Made by a program: the position numbers and the translations under genes
Notes under the pieces: model-generated
Told to the model about the DNA's origin: nothing
Seen by the model: only the letters and a program-made list of their open reading frames with translations
Databases searched by the model: none
Part shown: piece after piece, positions 1-15,054 of the stretch
Position numbering within the stretch: position 1 is the first letter of the stretch
Layout of the letters: each line of letters starts with the position of its first letter
Origin: Octopus vulgaris
Taxonomy: Eukaryota
Assembly (NCBI GenBank): GCA_951406725.2
Contig: OX597818.1
Coordinates: 9,548,001-9,612,000 of the forward strand
Direction: 5' to 3'
Length of the DNA stretch: 64,000 nt

Positions 1-844
1 ATAAAAGAAAAACTAGTAACGTCCAAAAATAAAAAAATATTTCACGGCGCTGACCAAGATGTCTACAACAAACGCGAATTCAGAAGTCTGATAGTTGCCT
101 ACAAGGACAGACATACTTGGGTAGCTCAGTCGTCTATGAAGGTGAGGTCAAATCTGTTTCGCCAAATAAGGGAACGGAAAACCAGAGGATGTTAGAAAAT
201 GTGAAAATGACTTCAAAACAGTTACGTAAACTAGTATTATATTTCAAGCACGTAGACAAAAATAAAATCATAACCAACCATATATAAAAACTGAAGGAGG
301 GCAGTATACTACAAGTTTTAAAATGGAGAATCAATCATAGACTGATCCAAATCATACATTAACGGTTCAAAACATTGCTGACTATATGCAGCTGAATCTA
401 CATATATCCTTTTAAATGTGAATCAGAAATTTTTACATGGTGCATTTATCTTGACAATTTTTTGCTATCGATATGGAAGATATCTTTCACGCGATCAGAC
501 ACAGTTTAATGCCCATTAGCCATTTGACTACTCTCACTTATCTTAGTTCGCATTAGAAATAAGCACAATATAGACAAAAAGTATTCTGCATTCAAGTTGT
601 TAGAAAACTATAACGAAGTTTTAATAAACATATTTATTCCCCTTCAGATGTTTCTTAATGTTTTTTGGGGTTTTTTTTTGTTTCCTTCTTGTAATTTTTC
701 TCGCTATTTTCGCATTTTCTTGGCGTGACTACGTTATTTGATCCTGAACCATTGCCGATTCGTGCACGATACACTATACAATCCCGTCCAATTATTGTAC
801 TGTCAAAGTATGACAACTGAAATGGTACACGTATACGTTTGTAC

Positions 845-896
<52 letters not shown>

Positions 897-1322
897 GTAT
901 TATTTATATTATTATTTATTTGAACACGACGCATCCATTTCCAAGTATGTTTATATATATCAAAGAAGTTTGTGAGTGGGGCGTATGTCCCTTATTCATT
1001 CGAAAACTGAGTTGCTGATTCTACCGTATAGATATCAGAAGATTCAATAATTTTCCGGCTACCAAATAAAATTAATTTTCATTTAGATATTTTCTACGTT
1101 ATCTCAACAACCAGCATTAGTTATCTGGGAAAAAAAATGACTGCTCTACAACGACCGTGTTTCATCAGAAATTGAAAATAGCTTCACACTTTCAATTTGA
1201 ACCAAAATTACAAAGTGTTGCATTACGAGAGTGACGGTGTGTGAAGAATAAAAGTAATGTTTCTCCGAATTAGTCACATCAGTACTATAATAAAGAAAGC
1301 TGCTTGTCATCTATCTATATAT

Positions 1323-1730
1323 ATTAGATCGTCCCATAAGTAACGCGATATTTTCAATTGCATGAACTAAAAGCCGGAAGAGGATGGGATAAACTACCTG
1401 TATCAACTTGTAATAAAAGCAGGTAGTAATTATACCTTGTACTTATTCTTACTGCAAGTCTTGAAGAGTGCAGTTCGGTTTTAACAATTATTTTTTCAAA
1501 GCTATAATGGAAGTGACAAAGGAGCATATTCGGCATATTTTGCTTTATGAGTTCACGAAAGGCAACAAAGCAACGGAAAGTACGAAACATATTAATACTG
1601 AATATTGGGAACGGACAAAAAGAGTAGGTCAGTCTCAACTGTGGTTCTAGAAATTCCGAGCCGGAAATTACAGCCTAGAATATCTGTAGAGCTAGACGAG
1701 GACGTCCTACAAAATCCTGGTTGAATGAAA
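1323..1730 (+). mobile_element. Mariner-like DNA transposon, 5' fragment (left TIR plus transposase HTH), truncated
   Basis: ORF segment MEVTKEHIRHILLYEFTKGNKATESTKHINTEYW...QLWF followed by KFRAGNYSLE resembles the mariner transposase N-terminal HTH. TIR-like TATTAGATCGTCCCATAAG lies at ~1322. Confidence 0.75.
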
Positions 1731-1880
1731 TTTACTTGTTGTTTCTAGCATATCGAGTTTTTTGGTGGTAGTCTGGCAGTCAAGTATGATTTTAATATAT
1801 TAGGCCTCCAGGCTTCTTCTCTAGGCCATGTTTTCTTTCCTATTCCCTTTTCCTTTTGTTTATTTTTTGGACGCTTTTGT

Positions 1881-1999
1881 ATTCACTCTGATGAAGCTGC
1901 ATGTTCTAGTCTGAATATCCTATGGGGATGAAGAATATTATTTTCGAAATTCTTTCGTAGGCACTGACTGATATCGGAAGCGGAAACGGTCGCAAGAAT
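1881..1999 (+). ncRNA. Degenerate type-I hammerhead-like motif with long extended stem II (Penelope/retrozyme-type)
   Basis: CTGATGA 1888-1894 and GAAACGGTC 1983-1991. The spacer folds as a long hairpin (AGTC/GACT, CCTATGGG/TTTCGTAGG, GAAGA/TTTTC). Stem I is imperfect (ATTC/GAAT). Confidence 0.5.
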
Positions 2000-2029
2000 T
2001 GTTATGTCACATAAATGTTATGTTATGTC

Positions 2030-4770
2030 TGTAGAGCTTATCCCGAACGGGTAATGCTTCTCGGTTGCACTGCCAGGGCAGGGATCTCTGGAAGTTGTCC
2101 ATGGGCCCTGGCCCGAAAGCCGTCCCGAACAGGCGGGTCAGGTACTCCTCGTCGACGTCTAGGTTCGCCCCGAGCTCGTAGTCGTACCTCCCCTCCACTA
2201 ATCCCCTATAGAATGCTTTGGTTGTGATGAAGTCACTCAAGGTCGACCCAGGACGGCAGAGTTGCTTGAGAGCAATGCGACACTCGCAGTGCCATTCGCC
2301 CTTCCTCGGCCTCTTTTTGATCCACGACTGCAGTTCGGTCGTGGAGACGAACTGCCGTAAAGTGTGCCTCACAAACGGCGAGCACACCTGTTCACCGTCG
2401 TCTACGAAGAGCCTGAGATGTCGCAGTCTCAGCGCGTGTCTGCGCATCATCAACCACGGCATGCCCAGTCCTCCTTTTAAAGGGTGTTGACAGCAAATGG
2501 ATCGCCTGACCATCGGGACGCATCCTTTCCACAAGAAGCGAAAGAGAATGCGTTCTAGTTTGGTGATGGTAGGGTCGGGACAAGGCACGACGGTCAGGCG
2601 GTAGTAAATGACTGACGCGATGTACGTGTTCGTACCTCCGCCCGACCTTTTAGGGACAGTTTCCTCTCGACCCATTGCCGGGCGAGAGTGACCACCCTAC
2701 TCGTTATCTCGTTCCAGTTCTTCTCCACTTGGAGGTCCGGACCAAACCAGACCCCAAGCAACTCAACCGGGCCGTCGGTCCAGCGTCCCACGACGGAGGC
2801 GCTGGTGGACGGCATGGGTTTGCTTCTCCAGGTGCCTAGTCGCAAGCCCACTGACTTTTCCCGGTTGATTTTCGCTCCTGTCACCGCTTCGTAGTTTTTC
2901 AGTGTCTCACCGACCTGCTCGATGTGCTCGTGGCTAGACATTATGACGGTGACGTCGTCCGCGTATGCAGACACGCTCGTTCCGCATCCCAGTTCTCGCG
3001 GGATGCCCCTCAAAGTTGCCAGCTTCCGCAATAATGGCTCGAGAGTCAATACGTATAGAAGCGACGAGAGGGGCCATCCCTGACGGACCGAACGTGCGAT
3101 GTCGAAAGGCCTCGATAGATGTCCATTTACACGAATTACCGAACGGATGCTTCTGACAAAGCGGCTATCCAGCCCCGGAAGACGGGACCGAAGCCAGCCG
3201 CTCTGAGGACTGCCTCCAAGTATCGATGGTCCACCCTATCGAAAGATTTCGATTGATCCAATTGATCAGCGCCCCACCCATGCCAGGTTCGTTAACTAAC
3301 CTGTCTATGATGTAGCGCATCGGGTGGAGGTTGTCATGGATGGCCCGGCCCGGCACGGCGCATGTTTGCGCCTTGTCGACCAGTTTCTCGATGACAAGCG
3401 CCAACCTCTTGGCTAGCACCTTGGCCAAAATTTTCAAGTCTGCATTAAGCAGAGTGATGGGCCTAAAGTTATCTATTACATTTCCCTTGTTTAGATCTTT
3501 CTTCAGCAGTGTTACGGCTCCTCGGCTCACAAAACCAGGAATGCTCCCGTTTTGCTGCCAGTTGCAGTACACCGCTGCCAAGACATCTCCAAACAAGTCT
3601 GGCATACAATTGTAAAGCTCGTAGGGCAGACCATCCAAACCCGGTGATTTGTACCTCGGACATTCTGCCATCGCGTCCTGCACTTCCGCCGCCGTGATGG
3701 CACCTTCGCAGCACCCTGCCTCTCTTGTCGAGAGTTGTGGTAGGCTGTGTAGGTAGGCACTGAAGTCCACCCTACGTTCTTGCCCGCCGCTCGTCCCGAA
3801 CAGTCGGGCAAAATGTTGTTGAAAGGCCTCACACATTTTACTTGGCTCCAGCAATTCGCACCCCTGTTCATCTACCAGAGACCGAATGGTGGCTTTGTTG
3901 CCCTGTAGCGCCTCTACCACCCGGGCCTCTCTCGCGGTTCCAACACCTTCGTTCCTTAGAGCACGCATCCTAGCTCTGACAGCACACCCTTCGGATGCGA
4001 TGCCGCTTCTAATTGCCTCTTCTAGCTTCTTAACTAGCTCACCCTCTACTCTATTTCTATCTATGGCTAGTGTTTCGCTGTACCTAATCGCTTCTGTTTT
4101 TACTGCTCTCTTGAGGGCAAACCACCATTTGCTATTGATGATGGCTCCCGTCAAAGCCCTCTTTACTAGTGTGCTAATCCGGTTTCTGAAAACCTGTCTC
4201 GATGGGAAAGACGTGTTTAGTTTCCAGTATCTGGGACCCTGCCTAGGTGTCTTACCTAAGTCTAGCGTACATGTCACAAGTTTGTGATCCGTGTAGCTGA
4301 CTATGTGGAATTGTGGACATCCTATGCTATCTCTATCTACTGTCCTACACAGTATTCTATCTAGATACGATCTCGACGACCCGATGCGGTTGCTCCATGT
4401 CCACGTTGGCGCATTCGTGGTCTAGTCGGAACCTGTCAGACAGTTGAAAGCGTCTGAGCAGGTCTCTGAGGCATTTGCATCCCCGTCTATTTCTATCTCT
4501 ACCTACGTAGTCTACATGCGTGTCCAAGGTAACATTCCAATCCCCCACTAAGATTAAAGGACGAGACGTTCCAAAGAATACTTCTAGACGTTGAAAGAAA
4601 TCCGCCCGACCTGTTAAGGGCGGTGCGTAGACTGATACGAGTCGAAAAGCGCACCCATTGCTGCCGTCGACATCCAGGACGACCAGTCTACCCTCCGGGT
4701 CTACGAATATTGTCTTTACTTTGAGATCCAGACTCTTGCGAAAAAGTACCGCGGTGCCACTACCGCCCAT
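2030..4770 (-). mobile_element. Tx1/L1-clade non-LTR retrotransposon ORF2 (APE endonuclease + RT), frameshifted, truncated at both ends
   Basis: Consecutive ORFs carry APE motifs (GRLVVLD, SVYAP, LVGDWN, YWKLN) and RT motifs (KSPGLDGLP, NFRPITLLNADLKILAK, SAYADDVT, KINREKS). They end in the L1-type C-terminus (FLWKG, KGGLGMP, ALPVRDKL). Confidence 0.95.
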
Positions 4771-4836
4771 TTACACAACCAATCTTGATCATAATCCTAA
4801 TGAATTAGAATACAAGTGAAAGGAACAGAGGGTTAA

Positions 4837-6381
<1,545 letters not shown>

Positions 6382-7680
6382 TTGTGTGGATATGTGTTTA
6401 TGCATTTATGTATGTGAATTAAAAGGCATTAATAGATAGAAATAGAGATCTCACAGACAGGTTTAAATATCAGAAACAGGCACATTCGAACATGCACACG
6501 CATGCACACTCCTGCAAACATCAAACATCTCTTTTGTTTTTATCAAAATATATATTGTTGCTGTCAATGCTTGAGTGCTAGCTCTGCTGCTGCTAATTTC
6601 ACTCTAGAATATTCTATCTATGATGTGTAATGAAATCATTTGCTACAAAGACATTTTTTGATGCACCAAATCACAGCCCTTGTTATAGACAGACCACCAA
6701 AGGAGAATACTCTATGCACTTGCTCGACAAGCTAAAACATAGGAAGCAATCTCTCTCAAAAGCACTGACATACTTGATCATGAGTTTCCTTGTTCATATT
6801 TCACTTGTATCTATAAAAAAGAAAAATTAAATTAAAGAAACAAACAAGCAGCGAGGATTTGCTACATCAGCCAAATTTGTTTCAAAACTTACCCGACGCT
6901 TTTAACAATGAAGCTATATTATGGTGAAAGTGATTCAAGTTTTTACTGAAATAACACAAGAAAAAACAAGCAAGATGTTCACATCTGCAATATTTAGAGG
7001 TATAAAGTTGGTATACTGAGCTAAACATTTACTAAAACTGCCTATTCCATATAAGGCATAATCAAGTTGGTCCGTAGCCAAAGATCTTCTAGCTGCGACT
7101 ATTTAAATTTTACACAACATATTACATATAAAAATACATACTGAGTGAAGGCTTACAGATACATTGGTTTTCTCAAAGTCCCTTGTTCACATTCTAGCTA
7201 AATTTAACTATCCATCGGATAATTTGTTTTTCCATTCACTCACAGACAAAATTGCACTAAATACACTTTCTTCTCTAAGTGAATAGTGAATTCAGAGAGA
7301 TTTAGTTCCTGTTTTCAGGAATTCAGAGAGATTTAGTTCCTGTTTCAAGCGACAGTGTTTAATGCTAATGAGAGTAATGGCAAAAAGCTGAGGTGTCCAG
7401 GAATGAAATATTACATTGCATGTTTAATCTTGATGGTGAAATTCCTTTGACTTCTTTGCCGTCGGCTAGACAATTTTTGAGTATCATATATTTTGCTTTA
7501 TTTTTATCTTCTACATCGAAACTATGTGTTTCCTGATAAACATATCTGAATACACGTATTAGTATAATTATGTACACAGGCACACTCGCACACACATACG
7601 TACATATATGACAGCGCGTTTGTGTGTGCTTCTATGCAGGTATATACAAATGCATATGTGTGTATATATATATATATATA

Positions 7681-7876
7681 CCGGAGTAAACACATAAATG
7701 TGAAACAAGGTGGAAAAAAGAGTACTCAAATACCAGTGGTAGAGTAATATGCTTTATTTAAAGCAGCAGAAAATTCAACAAAACCTGTTACTCTGAGTTT
7801 CCCGTTGCCGTTCATGAAGGGTAACGGGAAACTCAGAGTAACAGGTTTTGTTGAATTTTCTGCTGCTTTAAATAAA

Positions 7877-7877
<1 letters not shown>
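7681..7877. mobile_element. Inverted Penelope-type terminal-repeat remnant forming a near-perfect palindrome, inserted in (AT)n
   Basis: Arms 7752-7814 and 7815-7877 are reverse complements with 2 mismatches. Partial HHR motif ATGA..GAAACTCAGAGTA at the centre. Confidence 0.7.
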
Positions 7878-7929
<52 letters not shown>

Positions 7930-8034
7930 TATATAGAGAAAAAGATACATATATACATATAGATATACATACTTGCCACCGTGTACGCAAACATACATAT
8001 ACACATGCACCACACACACACGTACACATATACA

Positions 8035-8068
<34 letters not shown>

Positions 8069-8939
8069 ACACACAAACAAACACACACATATATAGACAC
8101 ATCTATATTATTTACCACCACATATTTCATTTAGCAACCACTCAAATTCAAAGACCAGTTTCTTCATCAGATTAGTACACTATGCTTGACATCATTATAC
8201 AACGAAATTCTTTCAGAGTATTCAGCGCTGTTTAACAAGCAATGTAATCTGAAACTGCATTGGAATGGCAACGAGAACGTGTCTTGTCTTAGTGAGTCTG
8301 AAACAAAGTTTAAAGTGTGTACTGTATTAGTCACTTAGAAATACCCGAGAAGTCCGGCTGTCGGTGGTATTTAGAGTGGAACAGAGAACGTGTGAGAAAT
8401 AAGTGCTGACGGTAAGGGACCTACACTGTCGAAGCCAATTTAAAATGTTACCGGAATGTAGTAGACATTGTCAGACGTTATAGACTTCAAAGATTTTATT
8501 GTAGGCCATTGAAGATGTGGTTTGTGTTATTTAATTTAGCGGAGAATACTTAAAGGAATCTTAAGAAATAAAGACAGCCAGAGAGAAAGAGAAACACGCA
8601 CAGCTACAAACTCCTGCTGTTACGTTATATCAATATGAATTTCATTTAAGTTTAAATTGTTCCGGCAATGATTGTGGCTCTCGCATGTGAGAGTAGCATA
8701 CGTGCAAGTTATGTGTGCGTCTGTAAGAGTCTTTGTGTGTGTGTGAATGTGTTCATGCGCGCACGCGTATATATATATATACATATATATATATATGTGT
8801 GTGTGTGTGCGTGTGTAACGTGTACATACGTATAGGGGAAGAGAGTGAGAGAGAGAACAGAATTGTATTTTCAAGGAGAGCATTATATGTGAGCAAATTT
8901 AATTTGATATTTATACCTTGTATGAATACTCTCACACGC

Positions 8940-8940
8940 A

Positions 8941-8981
<41 letters not shown>

Positions 8982-9247
8982 TGTATATATATATATGTAT
9001 ATATATATGTATCTATATATGTATTTATATATGTGTGTATGTATATATATATATATATGTGTATGTATATATATATGTATGTATATATATGTATATACAT
9101 ACATATATATATATACATGTATATATATATATATATACATGCACATATATATATATAAGTATGTATATATATGTATATAGATACACACATATACACATAC
9201 AGATATATATATATATATATATACATATGTATATGTATGCATATATA

Positions 9248-9296
<49 letters not shown>

Positions 9297-9300
9297 CTAC
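8940..9300. repeat. Compound (AT)n/(ATGT)/(AC) microsatellite
   Basis: Direct inspection. Representative of many similar tracts (e.g. 24430-24560, 34860-35260, 47160-47490, 48480-48850). Confidence 0.95.
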
Positions 9301-9683
9301 ATATAGAAATATATATGTAGTATATGGATTGATGGAAGGGTGGACAGATGGATGTAGTGAGCAAAGAAAAGTGAAAGAAAATTATATGGAGAGAAAGAAA
9401 TAGAAAGGAGGAGATAAATAGATATTGAGCAACTGAGAGAGATAACAAGAAAGAGCGAACGATATACTAAAAGTGAAAATTATATATAAAAGTGTGAAAT
9501 GAAATGATAAAATGCAATGATGTATTTAGTGGTGGTGTTTTGAGGATAATACGTGGCAATTATCTACAGAAATGAACGTATGAAGTAAAATGTTTGAAGT
9601 AGATTGGCAAGGAATAATGACAAAAACATGAACAAATAGGCATCTATAAACAACAACAACAGAATAATACCAAAATCGAAATA

Positions 9684-10092
9684 ACTCTTTTACTCTTTTA
9701 TTTGTGTCAGTCATTTGACTGCGGCCATGCTGGAGCACCGCCTTTAGTCGAGCAAATCGACCCCATGACTTATTCTTTGTAAGCTTAGTACTTATTCTAT
9801 CAGTCACTTTTGCCGAACCGCTAAGTTACGGGGACGTAAACATACCAGCATCGATTGTCAAGCGATGTTGGGGAAACAGACACAGACACACCAACATATA
9901 CACACACATACACACATATATATACATATATACGAAGGGACTCTTTCAGTTTCCGTCTACCAAATCCACCCACAAGGCTTTGGTCGTCCCGAGACTATAG
10001 TAGAAGACACTTGACCAAGGTGCTACGCAGTGGGACTGAACCCGGAACCATGTGGTTGGTAAGCAAGCTATGTACCACACAGCCACTCCTGC
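9684..10092 (-). mobile_element. tRNA-derived SINE (major family of this genome), full length
   Basis: Minus-strand A box TGGCTGTGTGG and B box GGTTCAGTCCC, internal (TA/CA)n, CR1-like tail and AAAGAGT terminal repeats. Near-identical copy at 20912. Confidence 0.92.
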
Positions 10093-10419
10093 AACTATGA
10101 AACTTTCATATTGGCCAAATCACTTGCTAGTCATAGCAGCCAAACTTGTTCTACTACCTAGATAGGAAAGGACAATTGAGGTTACGTGCTCTGCAATGCC
10201 TTCTGTTGTATATAACTAACTAAATAAAAAATATATATATATGGTGATTTTATCACAGCTTCAGTGCTATGATCATTTGCCTCTGCATCGTGACTGACCT
10301 GGAGATCAACAATAAAATCAACAGGAACAATGGAATGTTGAATTGAATCAATATTACAAACTTTTAGAGCAATAATAACACCAATATACACTGCCAGTGA
10401 ATGTGAAAAGCTTCCATAT

Positions 10420-11700
10420 TGTCACTAACCTGCTAGGAATAAAAACTAAATGTTTCCTCATATCATACAATTACCGTAATTAAAAGCGTACATTGCATAA
10501 AGTAACAGAATGAAATATAAATAGGATGGACACAGCTACAAGGATTTTTATCAATAATGTGCTCGATTGATTTTATCGGGACACAAACAGCACAAAGTGT
10601 TGTTACGTGATTCCTCTAAACTACCAGGAATAGCAGCCAAATATCCCCTTAAAATTAGAAGAATACATTGGACAATCCAATTCTGGGTATATTACAGTAA
10701 GTTAAATGGTAGCTATAGATGGACTTGGAATTCACATCAGCACGAACAACAATGATGATTTGTCAATGACAAAAGCAATACAAGCAACAACAATAACAAG
10801 AATAATTAACCAAAAGTAGTAACTGGAATCTGTCACCAAATCTATCCAAAATCAAGTTACTCTGACTAAGATTAACAAACGTTAGATAATGTTTCTGGTT
10901 TCCTGCACGAAAGTAAAAAACAAAAGAGGGCATTTAAGGCAGGGATGTCTTTGGTCACAAGTCTACTTGATCAGGGTGGACTTGGGACTGATGAACAGCA
11001 ATAACTACTAGAGTAAGAACAGTGTTCAATGGAGGATCCGTGATTGATAGACTTGCTAGAAATAGTAGCTAAATATTCCTTAATGTCTTAATAGTAAAAA
11101 TATGAAAACACAGGTCAGATAGTATAATTCTAAATATATGGTATCTGAACAAAACGAAAATGATGCGAAACTCACGGCTAGAAGGCATTTGTAATAGAAC
11201 TTAGAGACCAGGACATAACTTGGTATTAGTCAGGGAAACCTAACAACTTCAACGAGAACAGTAGCTACAACAACAAAAATAAGTAGAAAATATTTTACAG
11301 CAGTAAGCACAACCAATCAAAACAAAAATCCTGCAAACTCTGCATTTGAAAAGAGGTATATATTTAGTCATTTGGTCTGCTGAAAACAACAGATAAATCT
11401 CCCTTAAACTTTTAAATAAATAAATTTTATATTTGACAATAAAGTTCTACGTACTTTTTATAACGACAGCTGTTGTAATGCCTTCCAGCATTTCTGCCAA
11501 AACACAGCTTGCCTGAGACTAAAAACACTATCGAGGAATATAAAAGCTACTAATATTCAGTCTAATCATTGCGTGCGTAAAAAAAAGGAAAAAATACTAC
11601 TTCGAAAATAAATCTAGGTCTTAAGAAAGATACTTCCATTTGACCACTGAATCTCCTAGAAATATAATCTATTTCTCCATCCATTTTTACCCGCGTACTT
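10420..11700 (+). repeat. Cluster of ~5 degenerate copies of an old interspersed repeat (YTGCTAGAAATAGCAGCCAAAT-like core)
   Basis: Core variants at 10430, 10621, 11053, 11377 and 11653. Further copies at ~26283, ~31200 and on the minus strand at ~59972. Confidence 0.6.
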
Positions 11701-11774
11701 ATAAAGCAGAATGTGGAATGTGGAGGACTGCTTTAAGTGGAAAATAAAGAACAAAATCAGAAATCATCCATAAA

Positions 11775-11880
11775 TGCGGCCGAGGTCGACTTAACCGTTT
11801 ACCCCTCGGGGTTTGATAAAGTAAGCACCAGTTGACTACTGAGCTCGATGTAATCGACTTGGCTGGCCGTCTGCCAAAGT
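11775..11880 (+). mobile_element. Fragment of the second SINE family (Nin/Deu-like domain)
   Basis: CCGAGGTCGACTT..CCCCTCGGGGTTTGATAAAGTAAGCACCAG matches the reverse complement of the 19774-20170 element. Confidence 0.65.
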
Positions 11881-13131
11881 TTTAAATCAATATGAATATC
11901 ATCAATAACATATTGAATAACACAACCGACAAGAGCTGCAACACAAACAATAGCAACAGTCTCTATCAACGATAGAGACTGGGCACGAAGACACCATCTT
12001 CAATATATTTCCCTCTATCAGAGCTTAGTATCTTCACGAAGGAAGAACATAACTGTCATTGTAGTCGGGATAGGTTCACTCCACTGGGACTGATCTCGGG
12101 TTAGCCAATAACAGAAGCATCACAACTGATATTAAAAAACATTACTAAAAAGACACATCAGATGTGTGAAATCAGAGAAACTGACTGAAATCAAATTTTC
12201 ATTTTTGATCTTTCGGACAACTACGGGAGGCAACTCTAGGTGACTTCAATAGCAAAGCAAGGAACCGTCACATGAAACAGAAATTTTCTGGAGTTGGCTC
12301 TCATAATTATTAGAAAAAGTTAATCGGTATTAACTTTATCTTCAGTATTTCCAATTACCTATTTTGTGCTCTCTGCGTTACTATGTGAGAAGTAACTAAC
12401 ACAGTTTCTCTTTTTATGGGAATTTTAAAACTTATTTGTTTTTCAAGCATAAAATAATCGATAAAATAGACCACTAGTTAAGGACTATGGTCGATATAAG
12501 TGGATATTCCTCAGCAGTCACATCTTAGACCTTCTCTCTATGTTATAAAAAAAAAATTGACTCGCCATAAAATCTCCCCACTCAGTCTTTTTCCAAAACC
12601 ATCACTCTCAAATTTCTTCAAAACTCTCGTCCTTCTCTCTTTCTTCCAACTTCTCTCTCTCCATCTGGTGCAATCCTTTCTAATTCCACCCGTCACAATC
12701 ACTATACTCCAGTGTACCAAGGGGTAAAAAGGGCTGAAAGTGTGTCAGTCTACTTTCGATTACATAGATACCTAAAACAATTCACGAAATGATAGGAAAT
12801 ACTGCCAGGTCATATTCGCTTGCTAGTGGTGAATGTGCCTTTATGAATGAGTGCGTGGGGTGACGGTGAGGTATTTAGTTACAGCTCTTTCACTTTTTTG
12901 AGTTTACGTCCTAGTGAGCTCAAATTTTCCATCCATCTTTTCTGGGTCGATAAAATAAACCAAATCATCATCATCATCATCGTCCTCGTTCTTGTTCTTC
13001 TTCTTCTTCTTACTTTATTTTTATCATTTCACTATTATATGTAAACCCCCACACTTTATGTCTGTCTTTCCATTGCCCCCCTCATCCTTTGCCCTTCTAG
13101 CAAATAAACGAAATCATTATTATTGTTGTTG

Positions 13132-13198
<67 letters not shown>

Positions 13199-13208
13199 CA
13201 AGTCAATG

Positions 13209-13255
<47 letters not shown>

Positions 13256-13859
13256 AAGCCTCGATGTGAGGGATAGAGTAAACTATCCATAATAAAAAAA
13301 AGTAGACAGTAATTATAAGTTTTGCGAAAGCCTGATATTTCCAAACAGAACACTGACAGGTGGTACTCTTATAGAAGTTTAAATGAATTGGAGATGTAAA
13401 GAGGTGGAAGATGAAGCGTGAATTGCAAATAGAATAGGTTGGAATATAGCAGTAATTAATCAACTGGTCAGAAATACAATATAAAAAATAAAATAAACGG
13501 TTGGAATACTATAATAAATGTAAATAAAATTATTTTGATTTGTTTTTTAAAATATAACAGTGTCTACTGGAAAGGTTAAAATTAAACGGAGTGAAAAGTA
13601 GAAATAATTAACGACTAAGAAAATAGAATATGAATGTTATTTAGTTTTTTTTTAAATCATTTTATTTAAATTAATAAATGCAGAGTTTCATTTGTGAAAC
13701 ATGAATGATTTATTAAGAATGATTGAAATACTTTTTGCAGTTGTGCTAAATAAAAAAACACCTGAGCAATTTTAATCTAAAGTTTACAATATTTCGTATT
13801 GTGACGTCGGATTTAATTTGAATAAGATTTACGTGACTTAACAGTATATTTGATCTTTT

Positions 13860-14068
13860 TTACCAGTTAGGTACAAAGCCTGGAAGTTGGGGAAAGGAGG
13901 CTCGCCTATCTTAACAACCCCAAAAATTGAGTGCTACTCATCTTGTCGACCCCAAAGGATGACAAACAATGTCGACCTCAGTGAAATTCGAACTCAAGAC
14001 GTAACACTGGAAGAAATACTACTAAACTTTATCTCCGGTGTGCTAACGATTCTGCCAGTTCTCCCTCA
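13860..14068 (-). mobile_element. Degenerate copy of the second SINE family
   Basis: TCGACCCCAAAGGATGA..GTCGACCTCAGTGAAATTCGAACTC..TTCTGCCAG is colinear with 20048-20170. Confidence 0.65.
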
Positions 14069-14718
14069 TTTTAATAGGTTGTTTAATGATTGCATTGATG
14101 ATAATAAAATTCTGAAACGTTGAGGAACAATATTTATAAAGCATTTCAGTTTGTATGATCAGTAACTAAACCTGCAAAAGCCACCCTGCTAGTCAGTGAG
14201 TGATGAGTATATCAGTATATCATTTATTACTCATCAGTAAGTGATGAGTAATAAATGAGTCCCGACTGGTAGGAATTGGTTGTTCAGCGACCCCAAAGAA
14301 TGATGATAATGATGAATAAATGAAAAAAATTACTTCAAATGAATAAATAAGTTGTAGGAAGTAAAAGGGCGATATAACTATAAAATTAAGTACAAATCTC
14401 ATGTAAAATGAGTGGTATGGTTTTAAAATGTATTGAAATACATTAAGCATTGTAACCAATCCATTAGATTACTAGTTACAAATATCGTATATCGGATTGC
14501 AAACCAGGAATACTTAGAACACGATAATATTAGAGGCAAGGATTGTACTGGATATACGAAATAGCAAAGCTACTGGTCATTAGCAGAAGAAAGGACAACA
14601 AAATAATATAAAAGAAATTCAAAGATCAGCTTCACTGTACTTGAAACAGAAGTATTATGTAACGGAATGAAAGAGACACGAGTCTCTTGAAGTAATGGCA
14701 AGTGGTTACAAAAAAAAA

Positions 14719-14764
<46 letters not shown>

Positions 14765-14767
<3 letters not shown>

Positions 14768-15013
14768 AAAAAAGGAGATGTCGAACACGAGTGGTGATAT
14801 ATAAAAAAGGAAATGAAGAAAATGCTGACAAATAATTGAAGTAATTTAAGTAATTTAATTAGGTGAAAGTTCTTTTTACCGGTTGCGCATTTGTTATGCT
14901 TATCAAAATATATTTTGATAAGCATAACAAATGCGCAACCGGTAAAAAGAACTTTCACCTAATTAAATTACTTAAATTACTTCAATTATTTGTCAGCATT
15001 TTCTTCATTTCCT

Positions 15014-15018
<5 letters not shown>
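14765..15018. mobile_element. Perfect 216-bp palindrome (inverted Penelope-type terminal repeat) inserted in (AT)n
   Basis: Arms 14803-14910 and 14911-15018 are perfectly complementary with no spacer. HHR variant TTGATAA-GCAT-AACAA-ATGC-GCAA-CCGG-TA at 14915-14944. Confidence 0.8.

Positions 15019-15054
<36 letters not shown>

Noticed and set aside
1-400. Coding-looking A-rich stretch
   Set aside because: Broken frames and no motif I can recognise. Possibly transposase debris.
7289-7347. 31-bp direct repeat (GAATTCAGAGAGATTTAGTTCCTGTTT)
   Set aside because: Only two adjacent copies with no spacer. A local duplication, not CRISPR.
8753-9448. Long ORFs rich in YI/CV/HT dipeptides (here and throughout the window)
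   Set aside because: Translations of (AT)n/(GT)n/(ATAC)n microsatellites, which lack stop codons. Not genes.
11957-11981. 11-bp perfect hairpin CAGTCTCTATC-AAC-GATAGAGACTG
   Set aside because: Isolated, with no associated motif. Insufficient to assign a function.
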